Source of the DNA: Nitrospirota bacterium
Lineage (GTDB): Bacteria > Nitrospirota > Thermodesulfovibrionia > Thermodesulfovibrionales > SM23-35
Assembly: GCA_040753615.1 (NCBI GenBank)
Contig: JBFMDO010000031.1
Span: 2,221-66,220 of the forward strand
DNA length: 64,000 nucleotides
Reading direction: 5' to 3'
Shown: positions 18,957-27,994 of the stretch, piece after piece
Layout: each line of letters opens with the position of its first letter
Numbering within the stretch: position 1 is the stretch's first letter
Made by a program: the position numbers and the translations under genes
Notes under the pieces: generated by a model
Told to the model about the DNA's origin: nothing
What the model saw: only the letters and a program-made list of their open reading frames with translations
Database searches by the model: none

Positions 18957-20075
18957 TTAAAAATCAACAACTATCTGGCCTAAGAAGGCATTGTTATCCA
19001 AATCTGGCTCATCCTCTGTATTAAACTGATACTCAAACTTAAATAAAAAATGTTTCTTCGGAGAAATGTTAAGAGCCAGAGAGGTTGCCTGCGCCTCCTG
19101 ACCCTCCAGAAGAAGGAATCTATCCATTAAATCCTGTCCCGGGTCAATGGTTTCATACCTGGCTGCTACCTCTAAGTATCTCATCCCCCAGAACTCCTTC
19201 AGGGCAATATAACTCGCTTCGATATAGTAGCCGTCAGTTGTGATGTCATCATCAGAAGTCTCTGCTGTGCTCTGAACATATTCTCCCTTAATCGTCAGGT
19301 CACCAACCGTATAAGCAATATCTCCGGCAATAAATTCGAGATTATATCTTCCTTCATCATCATACTTTCCTGTGTTGTAAGAGAAACCCAGTTCTAACCC
19401 TTCAATAGGTAGAAAACCTATTCTGCCACCTATTGTCTTTTCGGTATTGTTATCCATGTTTTGCCTTGCCGCACGAACTTTACCCTGGTCAGTCGGATTA
19501 ACGTATTCATCATTCAGACCATTAACAATTGCCAGCTCATATTTAAAGCTCATACCGTTCTGACTTATAGGAATATCACCGTATAACTCCATCCCTGTGT
19601 CAGACCATGGGATAACACTTACCAGCCTTATACATAAGGGAACAGAGACGAATTTCCGCAATGAATTATAGTAACCAATCCGATAGATACCTATAGGCAT
19701 ATAAAACTTCCCAAATCTCGCAGTCACTGGCTCAATAATACTCCAGTCCATATATCCCTGGCGTAGCTCTATCTCATCGCCACCGTGTTCATATCTAATC
19801 TCCAGATAGGAATTTAGGTCTTGAGCAATTTCTCCAGAAGCGGCTACATATGCCTCAAAGAGATCAAATGTGGCAACACCATCTTTATAGCCGTCGCCCT
19901 CATAATCCCAGTAGGTCAGGTCTAATGAGCCGTTGAATTTAACTCGTTTCGATAAATCTGCTAATAGAGAGTCATCGCTTTCCCCTGCCTGTAGAACTTC
20001 CTCTGCCTGAGCTGCTAAGCCTACACAAAAGCTAAAGACTACAACCAAAGCCAAACACAGTATAAGTCTCCTCAT
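18957..20075 (-). CDS. Outer-membrane beta-barrel porin-like protein
   Basis: Start moved to ATG 20075 (MRRLILCLALVV...AAQA signal peptide), which has a strong AAGGAGGAGGAG RBS. Alternating beta-strand pattern and a C-terminal ...IVVDF with terminal Phe. Confidence 0.6.
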   Translation of the reverse strand: MRRLILCLALVVVFSFCVGLAAQAEEVLQAGESDDSLLADLSKRVKFNGSLDLTYWDYEGDGYKDGVATFDLFEAYVAASGEIAQDLNSYLEIRYEHGGDEIELRQGYMDWSIIEPVTARFGKFYMPIGIYRIGYYNSLRKFVSVPLCIRLVSVIPWSDTGMELYGDIPISQNGMSFKYELAIVNGLNDEYVNPTDQGKVRAARQNMDNNTEKTIGGRIGFLPIEGLELGFSYNTGKYDDEGRYNLEFIAGDIAYTVGDLTIKGEYVQSTAETSDDDITTDGYYIEASYIALKEFWGMRYLEVAARYETIDPGQDLMDRFLLLEGQEAQATSLALNISPKKHFLFKFEYQFNTEDEPDLDNNAFLGQIVVDF

Positions 20076-20186
20076 TTTCTCCTCCTCCTTTTTTGTTAAT
20101 TTATTCCTCTCAAACAAAAAAGGCGTCTCCTGAAATCAGAAAACGCCGTTGGCTTTTACTTGCTAAATTCTTGTAAAGGTCTATAA

Positions 20187-20204
20187 GTGAGTGAGTGAGT
20201 GAGT
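20187..20204. repeat. Tetranucleotide microsatellite (GTGA)4GT
   Basis: GTGAGTGAGTGAGTGAGT read directly from the sequence. It lies about 110 nt upstream of the porin-like gene start. Confidence 0.9.
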
Positions 20205-20347
20205 AACAAGAATATATCATTATTTATCCCTCATACCCTCTTACTCCTCATTAACATTTTATAAATACTGACCATTTCCATTATTCATTTTCGATAATTT
20301 TATATCACATTATAGATCACTTGTCAAGACCACGAATTATGTTTTTA

Positions 20348-20416
20348 TAAGGTGTCGTCATTGTGTTTCTTCAGCACCCAGCCTCTTTTCTGTTTTTGTT
20401 GTTTTGGACAGTTATG
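20348..20416 (+). repeat. Conserved ~70-nt intergenic element, copy B (upstream of rimO)
   Basis: TAAGGTGTCGTCATTGTGTTTCTTCAGCACCCAGCC...TTTGGACAGTTATG. Homologous to 11973-12042. Confidence 0.6.
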
Positions 20417-20513
20417 ACATGAAATAAAGTTTAACATTTCAAATTTGATATCACTGCTTGAAATATATGTATAATAAAAATAGCCTTTTATCTATTACCT
20501 TTATAGGATTAGT

Positions 20514-21809
20514 ATGAAATTTTATCTCATAAGCCTTGGATGTGCAAAAAATCTCGTTGACAGCGAGAAACTTACAGGGTATCTTTTAAACGCTGGGTAT
20601 GTTATAACCGATGATATTGATAAAGCATCTCTTGTCATAATTAATACATGCGGTTTTATTAAAGATGCAAAAAAGGAATCTATTGATACTATTCTCACCA
20701 TATTAAGGGAAAAACCTGTCAATACAAAGACAGTAGTCTATGGCTGTCTTGTGCAGCGATATCAGAAGGATCTCGAAAAACTCATTCCAGAGGTAGATCT
20801 ATTTCTTCCTCTTCTTCCATATAAAGAGCTGGCAGAAAAAATAATCCAGAAATTTCCGCCTTATAAATGGGGAAAAACCGAAATCCCGAAAAAGATACTA
20901 TTTACGCCACCTTCGTATACATACATTAAGATTTCCGATGGATGTAACAACTTCTGTTCATACTGTACCATCCCTTTGATAAGAGGACGTCTAAAAAGTC
21001 TTCCTGTAGAGGATATAGTAATACAAATCAGAAAGGCCATCGCTGGGGGTTTTTATGAGATAAATCTTATTGCACAGGATATAACTGCTTACGGAACAGA
21101 TTTATATGGAAAGCCCTCTCTGGAATTTCTCTTAAAAAGAATCCTTTCCATAAAAAAAGATTTTTGGTTACGTCTTCTTTACCTCTATCCATCCAGGATA
21201 TCTGAGGAACTTATCAATATCATGCATTCAGATTCCCGAATAGTAAAATATATTGATATCCCTATACAGCATGTAAACAATCGAATCCTGAGATTGATGC
21301 GCAGACACTATACAAAAGAAATACTATTAGAAAAAATATCCCTCTTTAAAGAAAAAATCCCTTCTCTTGCAATAAGAACAACATTTATTGCTGGTTTTCC
21401 TTCAGAAAGTGGAAAAGAACTTAATGAACTGCAAAAGTTTATTGAGCATATACAGTTTGATCATCTCGGGGTTTTTGAATATTCACCTGAAGAAGACACC
21501 CCTGCCTTCTCCCTTAAACCACGCCTGCCTTTTAATATAAAAAGAAAAAGAAAAAAACTACTTATGGAAGCCCAGAAAAAAGTTGTGAGGATTAAAAACA
21601 GATCACTAGTGGGAAAGACCTTTTCCTGTCTGATAGAACAGCCTGCAGATAGAGATGGAAGTGTGTGGATAGGAAGAATTTATTCACAAGCCCCTGAAGT
21701 TGATGGGGTTGTTTATGTTACTGGATATAATGAAAATATGGGGAAGATTATAGATGTCAGGATAAAAAATTTTAAAGACTATGATCTTGCAGGTGAATGT
21801 GTAAGGTAG
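20514..21809 (+). CDS. rimO: Ribosomal protein S12 methylthiotransferase
   Basis: 431 aa. N-terminal SLGCAKNLVDSE, radical-SAM CNNFCSYC, and a C-terminal TRAM domain. Confidence 0.9.
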   Translation: MKFYLISLGCAKNLVDSEKLTGYLLNAGYVITDDIDKASLVIINTCGFIKDAKKESIDTILTILREKPVNTKTVVYGCLVQRYQKDLEKLIPEVDLFLPLLPYKELAEKIIQKFPPYKWGKTEIPKKILFTPPSYTYIKISDGCNNFCSYCTIPLIRGRLKSLPVEDIVIQIRKAIAGGFYEINLIAQDITAYGTDLYGKPSLEFLLKRILSIKKDFWLRLLYLYPSRISEELINIMHSDSRIVKYIDIPIQHVNNRILRLMRRHYTKEILLEKISLFKEKIPSLAIRTTFIAGFPSESGKELNELQKFIEHIQFDHLGVFEYSPEEDTPAFSLKPRLPFNIKRKRKKLLMEAQKKVVRIKNRSLVGKTFSCLIEQPADRDGSVWIGRIYSQAPEVDGVVYVTGYNENMGKIIDVRIKNFKDYDLAGECVR

Positions 21810-24529
21810 TATCCCCTTAGATACTTTCCGGTATAAGAATCTTCTTTTTTAATTATATCTTCAGGTATACCTTCAAAAATAATTCTTCCTCCCTTATCTC
21901 CTCCATCAGGGCCTAAATCCACAATCCAGTCCGATGCCCTTATAACATCGAGGTTGTGTTCAATAACAATGACTGTATTTCCTGCATCAACCAGTCCCTG
22001 AAGCACATCGAGAAGCGCCTTAACATCTTTGAAATGTAAGCCTACTGTTGGCTCATCGAGAATATAAAGAATATCCTTTCCCCTGCTGCCTATCTCTGCG
22101 CATATCTTGAGTCTTTGCGCCTCTCCACCTGATAGGGTTGTTGCAGACTGACCGAGCCTGAGATAACCGAGCCCCACGTCCTTCAATAATAACAGCTCTT
22201 TTTTGATCCGAGGGATATCTGAAAATAATTCAATTGCTTCATCCACTGTCATATTCAGGATATCATTCATATTTCTACTTTTGTATAAAACTCGTAAAAC
22301 TTCTGGTTTATATCTTCTCCCTCCGCACTCCTCACACTTTATGTAGAGGTCTTCAAAAAAGTACATCTCCATCTTCTGATAACCCGTACCTTTGCATGTC
22401 TCACATCTCCCACCTGGCACATTAAAAGAGAAAAACCCGGTTTCATATCCATATGCCATTGCCTCTGGCTGTTCAGCAAAAAGTTTTCTTATCGCATCAA
22501 AAATCTTTAGATAGGTTACTGGATTTGAACGTGGGCTACGCCCTATCGGAGACTGATCAATAAGTCTTATGTCCTGTATATATTGTGCGCCTTCGATCTT
22601 CTTATACGGTAACGGAAATTCGTTCTCTCTTTTAATTTCTCTTACTAATGCCTTATAAAGTGTTTCTACAATAAGACTGCTCTTCCCTGAACCCGAAACC
22701 CCACTAACAGCTATCAATGCCTGTAAAGGGATATCAAGATTAACTAACTTCAGGTTGTTTCCTGTTGCACCAAAAAGCAAAAGTTTTCTTTTATTCTTTA
22801 TCTCCTGTCTCTTCTTTGCAGGGGGTTCTATTTTATCAATCCCTTTTATGTAACGTGCTGTGAGGGTATTGGCTTTCAAAAATTCCTCTTTCTGTCCTGA
22901 AAAGATAACCTCTCCTCCCAAATGTCCTCCTCCGGGACCTAACTCGACAATCCAGTCGGCAGACTCTATTATCCTCCTGTCATGTTCAACAACAAGGATT
23001 GTATTGCCAAGTCTTGCAAGTTCTGACATGATGCCTGCAACCCTATCTGTATCTCTTGCATGAAGCCCCACAGTTGGTTCATCAAACACATAAAGGGTGC
23101 CTGTAAGAAATGACGAGAGTTGATTCGCCATGTTTGCCCTCTGATATTCCCCCCCAGAAAGTGTTCTTCCATCACGACTCAGACTCAGATAATCAAGACC
23201 TACTCGTTTCAGGAAACCGAGTTTAAGGTTTATCTGTCTCAATATCTCTTTTGCCATATCCCTTTGGAAAGGAGATATGTCCATATTTTCAAAAAACTTG
23301 ATAGTATCCAAAATTGGCATCCTGCAGATATCTACTATGTCAACACCTGAAATTTTATATGCAAGTGATTCTTTTCTCAATCTCTTCCCGCTGCACTGAG
23401 GGCAGGCAACAGGTCTTCTGTATCGGCTCAGAAATACCCGTATGTGAAGTTTATACCTTTTGCTCTCCATTTCCTCAAAGAAATCATCAATTCCATAAAA
23501 GCTGCTGCTTCCTTTAAATAATATGGACTTTTCTTTCTCTTTAAACTCAGAGTAGGGTTTATTGATATCAATGCCTTCCTTAGTCGCACCTTTAATAAGC
23601 TGTTGCTTCCACCATCTGTAAGCCGGCTTATTCCATGGATCAATCGCACCTTCTGATAAAGATAGATTTTTGTCAGGAATAATCAGGTCTTTATCGTATT
23701 TAAGAATATTGCCAAATCCTTTACAATCAGGGCATGCGCCAACAGGGTGATTAAAGGAAAAAAGCAGTGGATATGGCTTTGGAAGCTCAATGTCACACTC
23801 ATCACAGGCATTTTCTGATGTAAAGCGAAGGGTGGTTTGTGGGTAAATTATGACCTTTATCCTTCCATTTCCTTCCCTCCATGCCATCTCGATAGAGTCT
23901 GATAGCCGCGGTTCATCTTTTATAATAAGTCTGTCGAGAACAACATCCATTAAACCCACCCTGCCGTCTTTTATTAAAGAGGAGGGAGGATGCTCGATAA
24001 TCTCGCCATTACACCATATCCTGTAAAAACCTCGTTTTTTTAATTCCTCTATCGGCTCGGCAGTTTCAAAAATTATAATTGCCTTTTCACTATCATATTT
24101 CTCTAAGAGTTCTGAAACTATCAGTGAGGGATACCATATCCTTATCTCTTTTCCACACGAGAGACAAAAAGGTGTGGAAATCTTTGAATAAAGGAGTCTG
24201 AAGAGGTCATAAACTTCTGTTAATGTTCCAACTGTAGAACGCGACCCCCTCACAGGATTTTTCTGCTCAATCGCTATTGCAGGCCGTATGTTATGGATAG
24301 CATCCACATCAGGTCTATCAAGTTTTTCAAGAAAAAGTCTCGCATATGTAGAAAGAGACTCTATGAATCTCCACTGTCCCTCAGCAAAAATGGTATCAAA
24401 TGCAAGGGAAGATTTGCCTGATCCTGACACCCCTGTTATTGCTATTACCTTATTATGTGGCAGAGTGAGGTTAATGTTTTTGAGATTATTCTGCCGAGCA
24501 CCCTCTATTATAAGGCTTCTTTCATACAT
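21779..24529 (-). CDS. uvrA: Excinuclease ABC subunit A
   Basis: 916 aa. Two ABC modules (GVSGSGKSS twice, LSGGE twice) and zinc fingers (CPDCKGFG, CETCKGTG). The 3' end overlaps rimO by 31 nt (convergent). Confidence 0.95.
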   Translation of the reverse strand: MYERSLIIEGARQNNLKNINLTLPHNKVIAITGVSGSGKSSLAFDTIFAEGQWRFIESLSTYARLFLEKLDRPDVDAIHNIRPAIAIEQKNPVRGSRSTVGTLTEVYDLFRLLYSKISTPFCLSCGKEIRIWYPSLIVSELLEKYDSEKAIIIFETAEPIEELKKRGFYRIWCNGEIIEHPPSSLIKDGRVGLMDVVLDRLIIKDEPRLSDSIEMAWREGNGRIKVIIYPQTTLRFTSENACDECDIELPKPYPLLFSFNHPVGACPDCKGFGNILKYDKDLIIPDKNLSLSEGAIDPWNKPAYRWWKQQLIKGATKEGIDINKPYSEFKEKEKSILFKGSSSFYGIDDFFEEMESKRYKLHIRVFLSRYRRPVACPQCSGKRLRKESLAYKISGVDIVDICRMPILDTIKFFENMDISPFQRDMAKEILRQINLKLGFLKRVGLDYLSLSRDGRTLSGGEYQRANMANQLSSFLTGTLYVFDEPTVGLHARDTDRVAGIMSELARLGNTILVVEHDRRIIESADWIVELGPGGGHLGGEVIFSGQKEEFLKANTLTARYIKGIDKIEPPAKKRQEIKNKRKLLLFGATGNNLKLVNLDIPLQALIAVSGVSGSGKSSLIVETLYKALVREIKRENEFPLPYKKIEGAQYIQDIRLIDQSPIGRSPRSNPVTYLKIFDAIRKLFAEQPEAMAYGYETGFFSFNVPGGRCETCKGTGYQKMEMYFFEDLYIKCEECGGRRYKPEVLRVLYKSRNMNDILNMTVDEAIELFSDIPRIKKELLLLKDVGLGYLRLGQSATTLSGGEAQRLKICAEIGSRGKDILYILDEPTVGLHFKDVKALLDVLQGLVDAGNTVIVIEHNLDVIRASDWIVDLGPDGGDKGGRIIFEGIPEDIIKKEDSYTGKYLRGYYLTHSPARS

Positions 24530-24639
24530 CTAAACATTTTAACATGTTATAGAAAATTCAGAATCTTGTTTCAAGTAGATATCCTTTTCGAGTGGTTTAA
24601 TTGAGTTTTTAAAACCTCATATTGTAAAATTTAGTTCAT

Positions 24640-24816
24640 ATGAAAGATAACGATAAGGTAATGGAAGAAATCAAGAAAAAATGTATCAATAAAAAGATTT
24701 CATGTCATGTAGCCAGAAAGATTGCCGAAGAACTTTCTGTTTCTTATGAGGAAGTAGGCAGGGCAGCTGATGAGCTTAATATCAAAATTACTAATTGCGA
24801 ACTCGGTTGTTTCTGA
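24640..24816 (+). CDS. Small four-cysteine protein (58 aa), unknown function
   Basis: Not in the ORF track because it is under 60 aa: MKDNDKVMEEIKKKCINKKISCHVARKIAEELSVSYEEVGRAADELNIKITNCELGCF*. The stop overlaps the start of the next gene (TGATG). It recalls small proteins ending CxLGCF, but I cannot name the family. Confidence 0.55.
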   Translation: MKDNDKVMEEIKKKCINKKISCHVARKIAEELSVSYEEVGRAADELNIKITNCELGCF

Positions 24817-25631
24817 TGGTAGTAATACTATTTGAATTAGCCCTGACCTTCTATTTTGCCGCTACTGTTGCAAGCATTATAGAGATATTCAAAGGTGCAA
24901 AGAGCACCTCAAGGATAATTCTCTTATTGGTAATCACAGGATTTACTGTTCACACTATAAGTATTATATATCGTTACATTACTGCAGGACACATACCTAT
25001 AACAAATGCACATGAGGCAACCTCTTTTTTTTCCTGGTGTATAGTTCTCATATTTTTCTTTCTGGAATTCAGGTATAAAATCGTCCTTCTCTCGTCCTTT
25101 GTCATGCCGATTGTATTTATTCTGATGCTTTCGTCTTCTATGCTACCGAGAGAGATAAAGCCTTTAAGTCCTGTGCTTCAGAGTTATTGGCTTGGCATCC
25201 ATACGGTTCTTGCTTTCCTCGGCAACGCTGCCTTTGCATTAGCATTTGGGATTGGTGTAATGTATCTCGTTCAGGAACACTATGTAAAATCCAAACACCT
25301 CGGGAGCCTCTTTGACAGATTACCAAGTCTTCAGACCCTTGATGAGATAAATTATAAACTGATATCTATTGGTTTCCCTCTTCTTACTCTCGCGATAATC
25401 ACAGGTGCCCTATGGGCAGAAAGCGCATGGGGAAGTTACTGGCATTGGGATCCGAGGGAAACATGGTCGCTTATTACATGGTTTATATATGCAATTGTTC
25501 TTCATGCCAGGCTTGCTGCGGGTTGGAGAGGCAGGAAGGCTGCTGTTTTATCCATAGTGGGTTTCCTGACAATCCTTATTGCCTTTTTCGGCATAAAATT
25601 ACTCCGTAAGGGGCTCCATGTCTTTCTATGA
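24816..25631 (+). CDS. CcsA/ResC-family membrane protein (HemX-like, heme-handling WWD motif)
   Basis: Polytopic, with the Trp-rich motif WGSYWHWDPRETWSLITW. Start set at ATG 24816 (MVVILFEL...). Overlaps hemA by 4 nt. A CcsA-like gene next to hemA is known from the Bacillus hemAXCDBL and Desulfovibrio clusters. Confidence 0.8.
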   Translation: MVVILFELALTFYFAATVASIIEIFKGAKSTSRIILLLVITGFTVHTISIIYRYITAGHIPITNAHEATSFFSWCIVLIFFFLEFRYKIVLLSSFVMPIVFILMLSSSMLPREIKPLSPVLQSYWLGIHTVLAFLGNAAFALAFGIGVMYLVQEHYVKSKHLGSLFDRLPSLQTLDEINYKLISIGFPLLTLAIITGALWAESAWGSYWHWDPRETWSLITWFIYAIVLHARLAAGWRGRKAAVLSIVGFLTILIAFFGIKLLRKGLHVFL

Positions 25632-26902
25632 AAGTCTTTATAGTAGGTCTAAATTATAAGATTGCTGATGTTAATGTAAGAGAAAAACTAGCATTTAATG
25701 GGGCAAAGCTTGAAGAAGGTCTTAAAGGACTCAGAACACTACCCGATGTGCAAGAGGCTATGATATTGTCCACCTGTAACAGAGTAGATATTTATACAAA
25801 TGTAAAAGACCCAGCAAAGGCATCTGATTCTATAAAGACATTTCTTTCAGAATTCCATGGTATAGAAAAAAACTTGCTTGATAACGCCCTTTACATCTAT
25901 GAGGATATAGATGCAGTTAGACATATCTTAAAGGTTGCATCAAGCCTCGACTCAATGGTGATAGGCGAACCCCAGATACTCGGGCAACTTAAAGATGCAT
26001 TTGAATTAGCACTTAAGAAAAAGACTACTGGCATAGTTCTGAACAAGCTGGTAAAAAAAGCAATCTCTGTTGCAAAGAGGGTAAGGACAGAGACAAGGAT
26101 ATCAGAAAATGCTGTCTCGATAAGCTTTGCTGCTGTAGAACTCGCGAAAAAGATATTTACTGATCTTTCAAAAAGGGTCTTTATGCTTTTAGGCGCAGGC
26201 GAAATGGCTGAACTCGCTGCAAAGCATCTGATAAGCAATGGCGTGAAAGAAGTTGTTGTGTCAAACAGAACTTATGATCGGGCATGTGAGCTTGCAAATG
26301 AATTTAACGGGAGACCTGTCAAATTTGAAGAATTTTTGCAGGAGATGATAAAAACTGACATCCTCATCTGTTCCACTGGCGCTCCGAGTTATATTCTGCT
26401 GAAAAATCAGATGCAGAAGGTAATGAGAGAGAGGAAGCAAAGACAGGTCTTTATTATTGACATCTCTGTCCCGAGAAATATAGATCCCGAAATTAACGGC
26501 ATTGATAATGTGTATCTATATAATATTGATGACCTGCAAGACGTTGTTGATTCAAATATATTTGAGCGGCAAAAAGAGGCAGAAAAGGCAGAAAAGATAA
26601 TCGAAGAAGAAATAGAAACCTTTTTCAGGTGGCAATCTTCACTCGATTCTGTGCCAACTATTATCGCCCTGAGGGAAAAGGCAGAGGCGATTAAGAAAGA
26701 AGAACTCAACAAACTTTTAAACAAGATCAATACGCTTGGAGAAAAAGAAAAAGAAGCCATTGATTACATGGCTACTGCTATTGTTAACAAGCTTATCCAT
26801 CCACCAACAGCAGCACTGAAAGATGATTCTGAAGACAAGGACATTTTGATAGCAATGATAAAAAGACTTTATGGCATTAACGGAGAAAATGAAGACAAAT
26901 AA
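25628..26902 (+). CDS. hemA: Glutamyl-tRNA reductase
   Basis: 424 aa. Catalytic [18 protein letters not shown], and an NADPH-binding GAGEMAE motif. Confidence 0.95.
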   Translation: MKVFIVGLNYKIADVNVREKLAFNGAKLEEGLKGLRTLPDVQEAMILSTCNRVDIYTNVKDPAKASDSIKTFLSEFHGIEKNLLDNALYIYEDIDAVRHILKVASSLDSMVIGEPQILGQLKDAFELALKKKTTGIVLNKLVKKAISVAKRVRTETRISENAVSISFAAVELAKKIFTDLSKRVFMLLGAGEMAELAAKHLISNGVKEVVVSNRTYDRACELANEFNGRPVKFEEFLQEMIKTDILICSTGAPSYILLKNQMQKVMRERKQRQVFIIDISVPRNIDPEINGIDNVYLYNIDDLQDVVDSNIFERQKEAEKAEKIIEEEIETFFRWQSSLDSVPTIIALREKAEAIKKEELNKLLNKINTLGEKEKEAIDYMATAIVNKLIHPPTAALKDDSEDKDILIAMIKRLYGINGENEDK

Positions 26903-27977
26903 AATATCCATTGGCACACGAGGCAGCAAGCTCGCCCTCTGGCAGGCTGAGTGGGTCAAATCTGAATTAAAAAAACTTCACCCTGATCTCGGGGTTGAAA
27001 TCATTAAGATTAAGACGACAGGGGATAAGATATTGGATGTTCCCCTCGCAAAAGTTGGTGGCAAAGGACTCTTTGTTAAAGAAATTGAAGAAGCACTTTT
27101 AAGGCATGAAGTTGACATCGCAGTCCACAGCATGAAAGATGTGCCGACAGAATTTCCAGAAGGGCTTTGCTTGCCGGTAATATGTAAAAGGGAGGACCCG
27201 AGGGATGCCTTAATAATATCCCACAAGTCAAATCCCCCCCTACCCCCCTTTTCTAAAGGGGGGCGAGGGGAGATTTATGACTCTTCAAAACGACATCTTC
27301 AATCTTTATTGTTTAGTTTGCCCAGAGGTGTAGCGATAGGAACAAGCAGTCTTAGACGCTCATGTCAACTGCTCAATATCAGACCTGATTTGAGAATTAA
27401 ACAATTAAGGGGCAATCTTGATACCAGGCTAAGAAAACTTGATGAGGGTCAGTTTTATGCAATAATCGTAGCTTCTGCTGGTCTTAAGAGACTCGGTTTG
27501 GAGGGGAGGATTGCAGAGCTATTGCCTTTTGAGATAAGTCTTCCTGCAATTGGTCAGGGAGCAATAGGCATTGAATGCAGAATTGATGATAAATATACAA
27601 CTAATCTTATTGCAACGTTAAATCATCCTGAAACAGCTATATGCGTCAAAGCAGAGAGGGCATTTTTGAAAAAACTAGAAGGAGGTTGTCAGGTTCCAAT
27701 AGCTGCATATGCAAGATTAGTTAGTCAGGACTCACCCCCCCATCCTATCCTCGGTAAGGGGGGGCATAGGGGTGGTGTTAACTCCGAATTCCGAGAACCA
27801 AACTATAAACTCGTCATGGATGGTCTTGTTGGAAATATTGAGGGAGACAGGATTATAAAGGGCCACTTTGAAGGCAGTCCTGAACAGGCAGAAGACCTGG
27901 GTATCATACTTGCAGAGGATGTCCTTACAAAAGGTGCAAAAGAGATACTGAATGATATATATGGCAGGGAAGGTTAG
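26889..27977 (+). CDS. hemC: Porphobilinogen deaminase (hydroxymethylbilane synthase), carrying two in-frame repeat insertions
   Basis: [31 protein letters not shown] and CQVPIAAYA motifs. Start set at ATG 26889 (GGAG RBS). About 50 residues longer than typical HemC because of the insertions at 27231-27276 and 27733-27795. Confidence 0.9.
   Translation: MKTNKISIGTRGSKLALWQAEWVKSELKKLHPDLGVEIIKIKTTGDKILDVPLAKVGGKGLFVKEIEEALLRHEVDIAVHSMKDVPTEFPEGLCLPVICKREDPRDALIISHKSNPPLPPFSKGGRGEIYDSSKRHLQSLLFSLPRGVAIGTSSLRRSCQLLNIRPDLRIKQLRGNLDTRLRKLDEGQFYAIIVASAGLKRLGLEGRIAELLPFEISLPAIGQGAIGIECRIDDKYTTNLIATLNHPETAICVKAERAFLKKLEGGCQVPIAAYARLVSQDSPPHPILGKGGHRGGVNSEFREPNYKLVMDGLVGNIEGDRIIKGHFEGSPEQAEDLGIILAEDVLTKGAKEILNDIYGREG
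27231..27276. repeat. G/C-run palindromic element, subfamily A, in-frame in hemC
   Basis: AATCCCCCCCTACCCCCCTTTTCTAAAGGGGGGCGAGGGGAGATTT. The C-runs pair with the G-runs. Encodes [15 protein letters not shown]. Confidence 0.85.
27733..27795. repeat. G/C-run palindromic element, subfamily B, plus a CTCCGAA-type tail, in-frame in hemC
   Basis: CACCCCCCCATCCTATCCTCGGTAAGGGGGGGCATAGGGGTGGTGTTAAC followed by CTCCGAATTCCGAG. Encodes [22 protein letters not shown]. Near-identical to the purL element at 39331-39377. Confidence 0.85.
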
Positions 27978-27994
27978 TACTTAGCCTATTCCTT

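Noticed and set aside
21779-21809. 31-nt convergent overlap of the rimO and uvrA 3' ends, considered as a possible antisense regulatory feature or mis-assembly.
   Set aside because: Both reading frames are intact to normal-looking C-termini. Short convergent overlaps are common in compact genomes and nothing else is unusual here.
22969-23649. Several 60-76-aa ORFs on both strands inside uvrA.
   Set aside because: They are embedded in a gene with unambiguous UvrA motifs and look like typical spurious frames.
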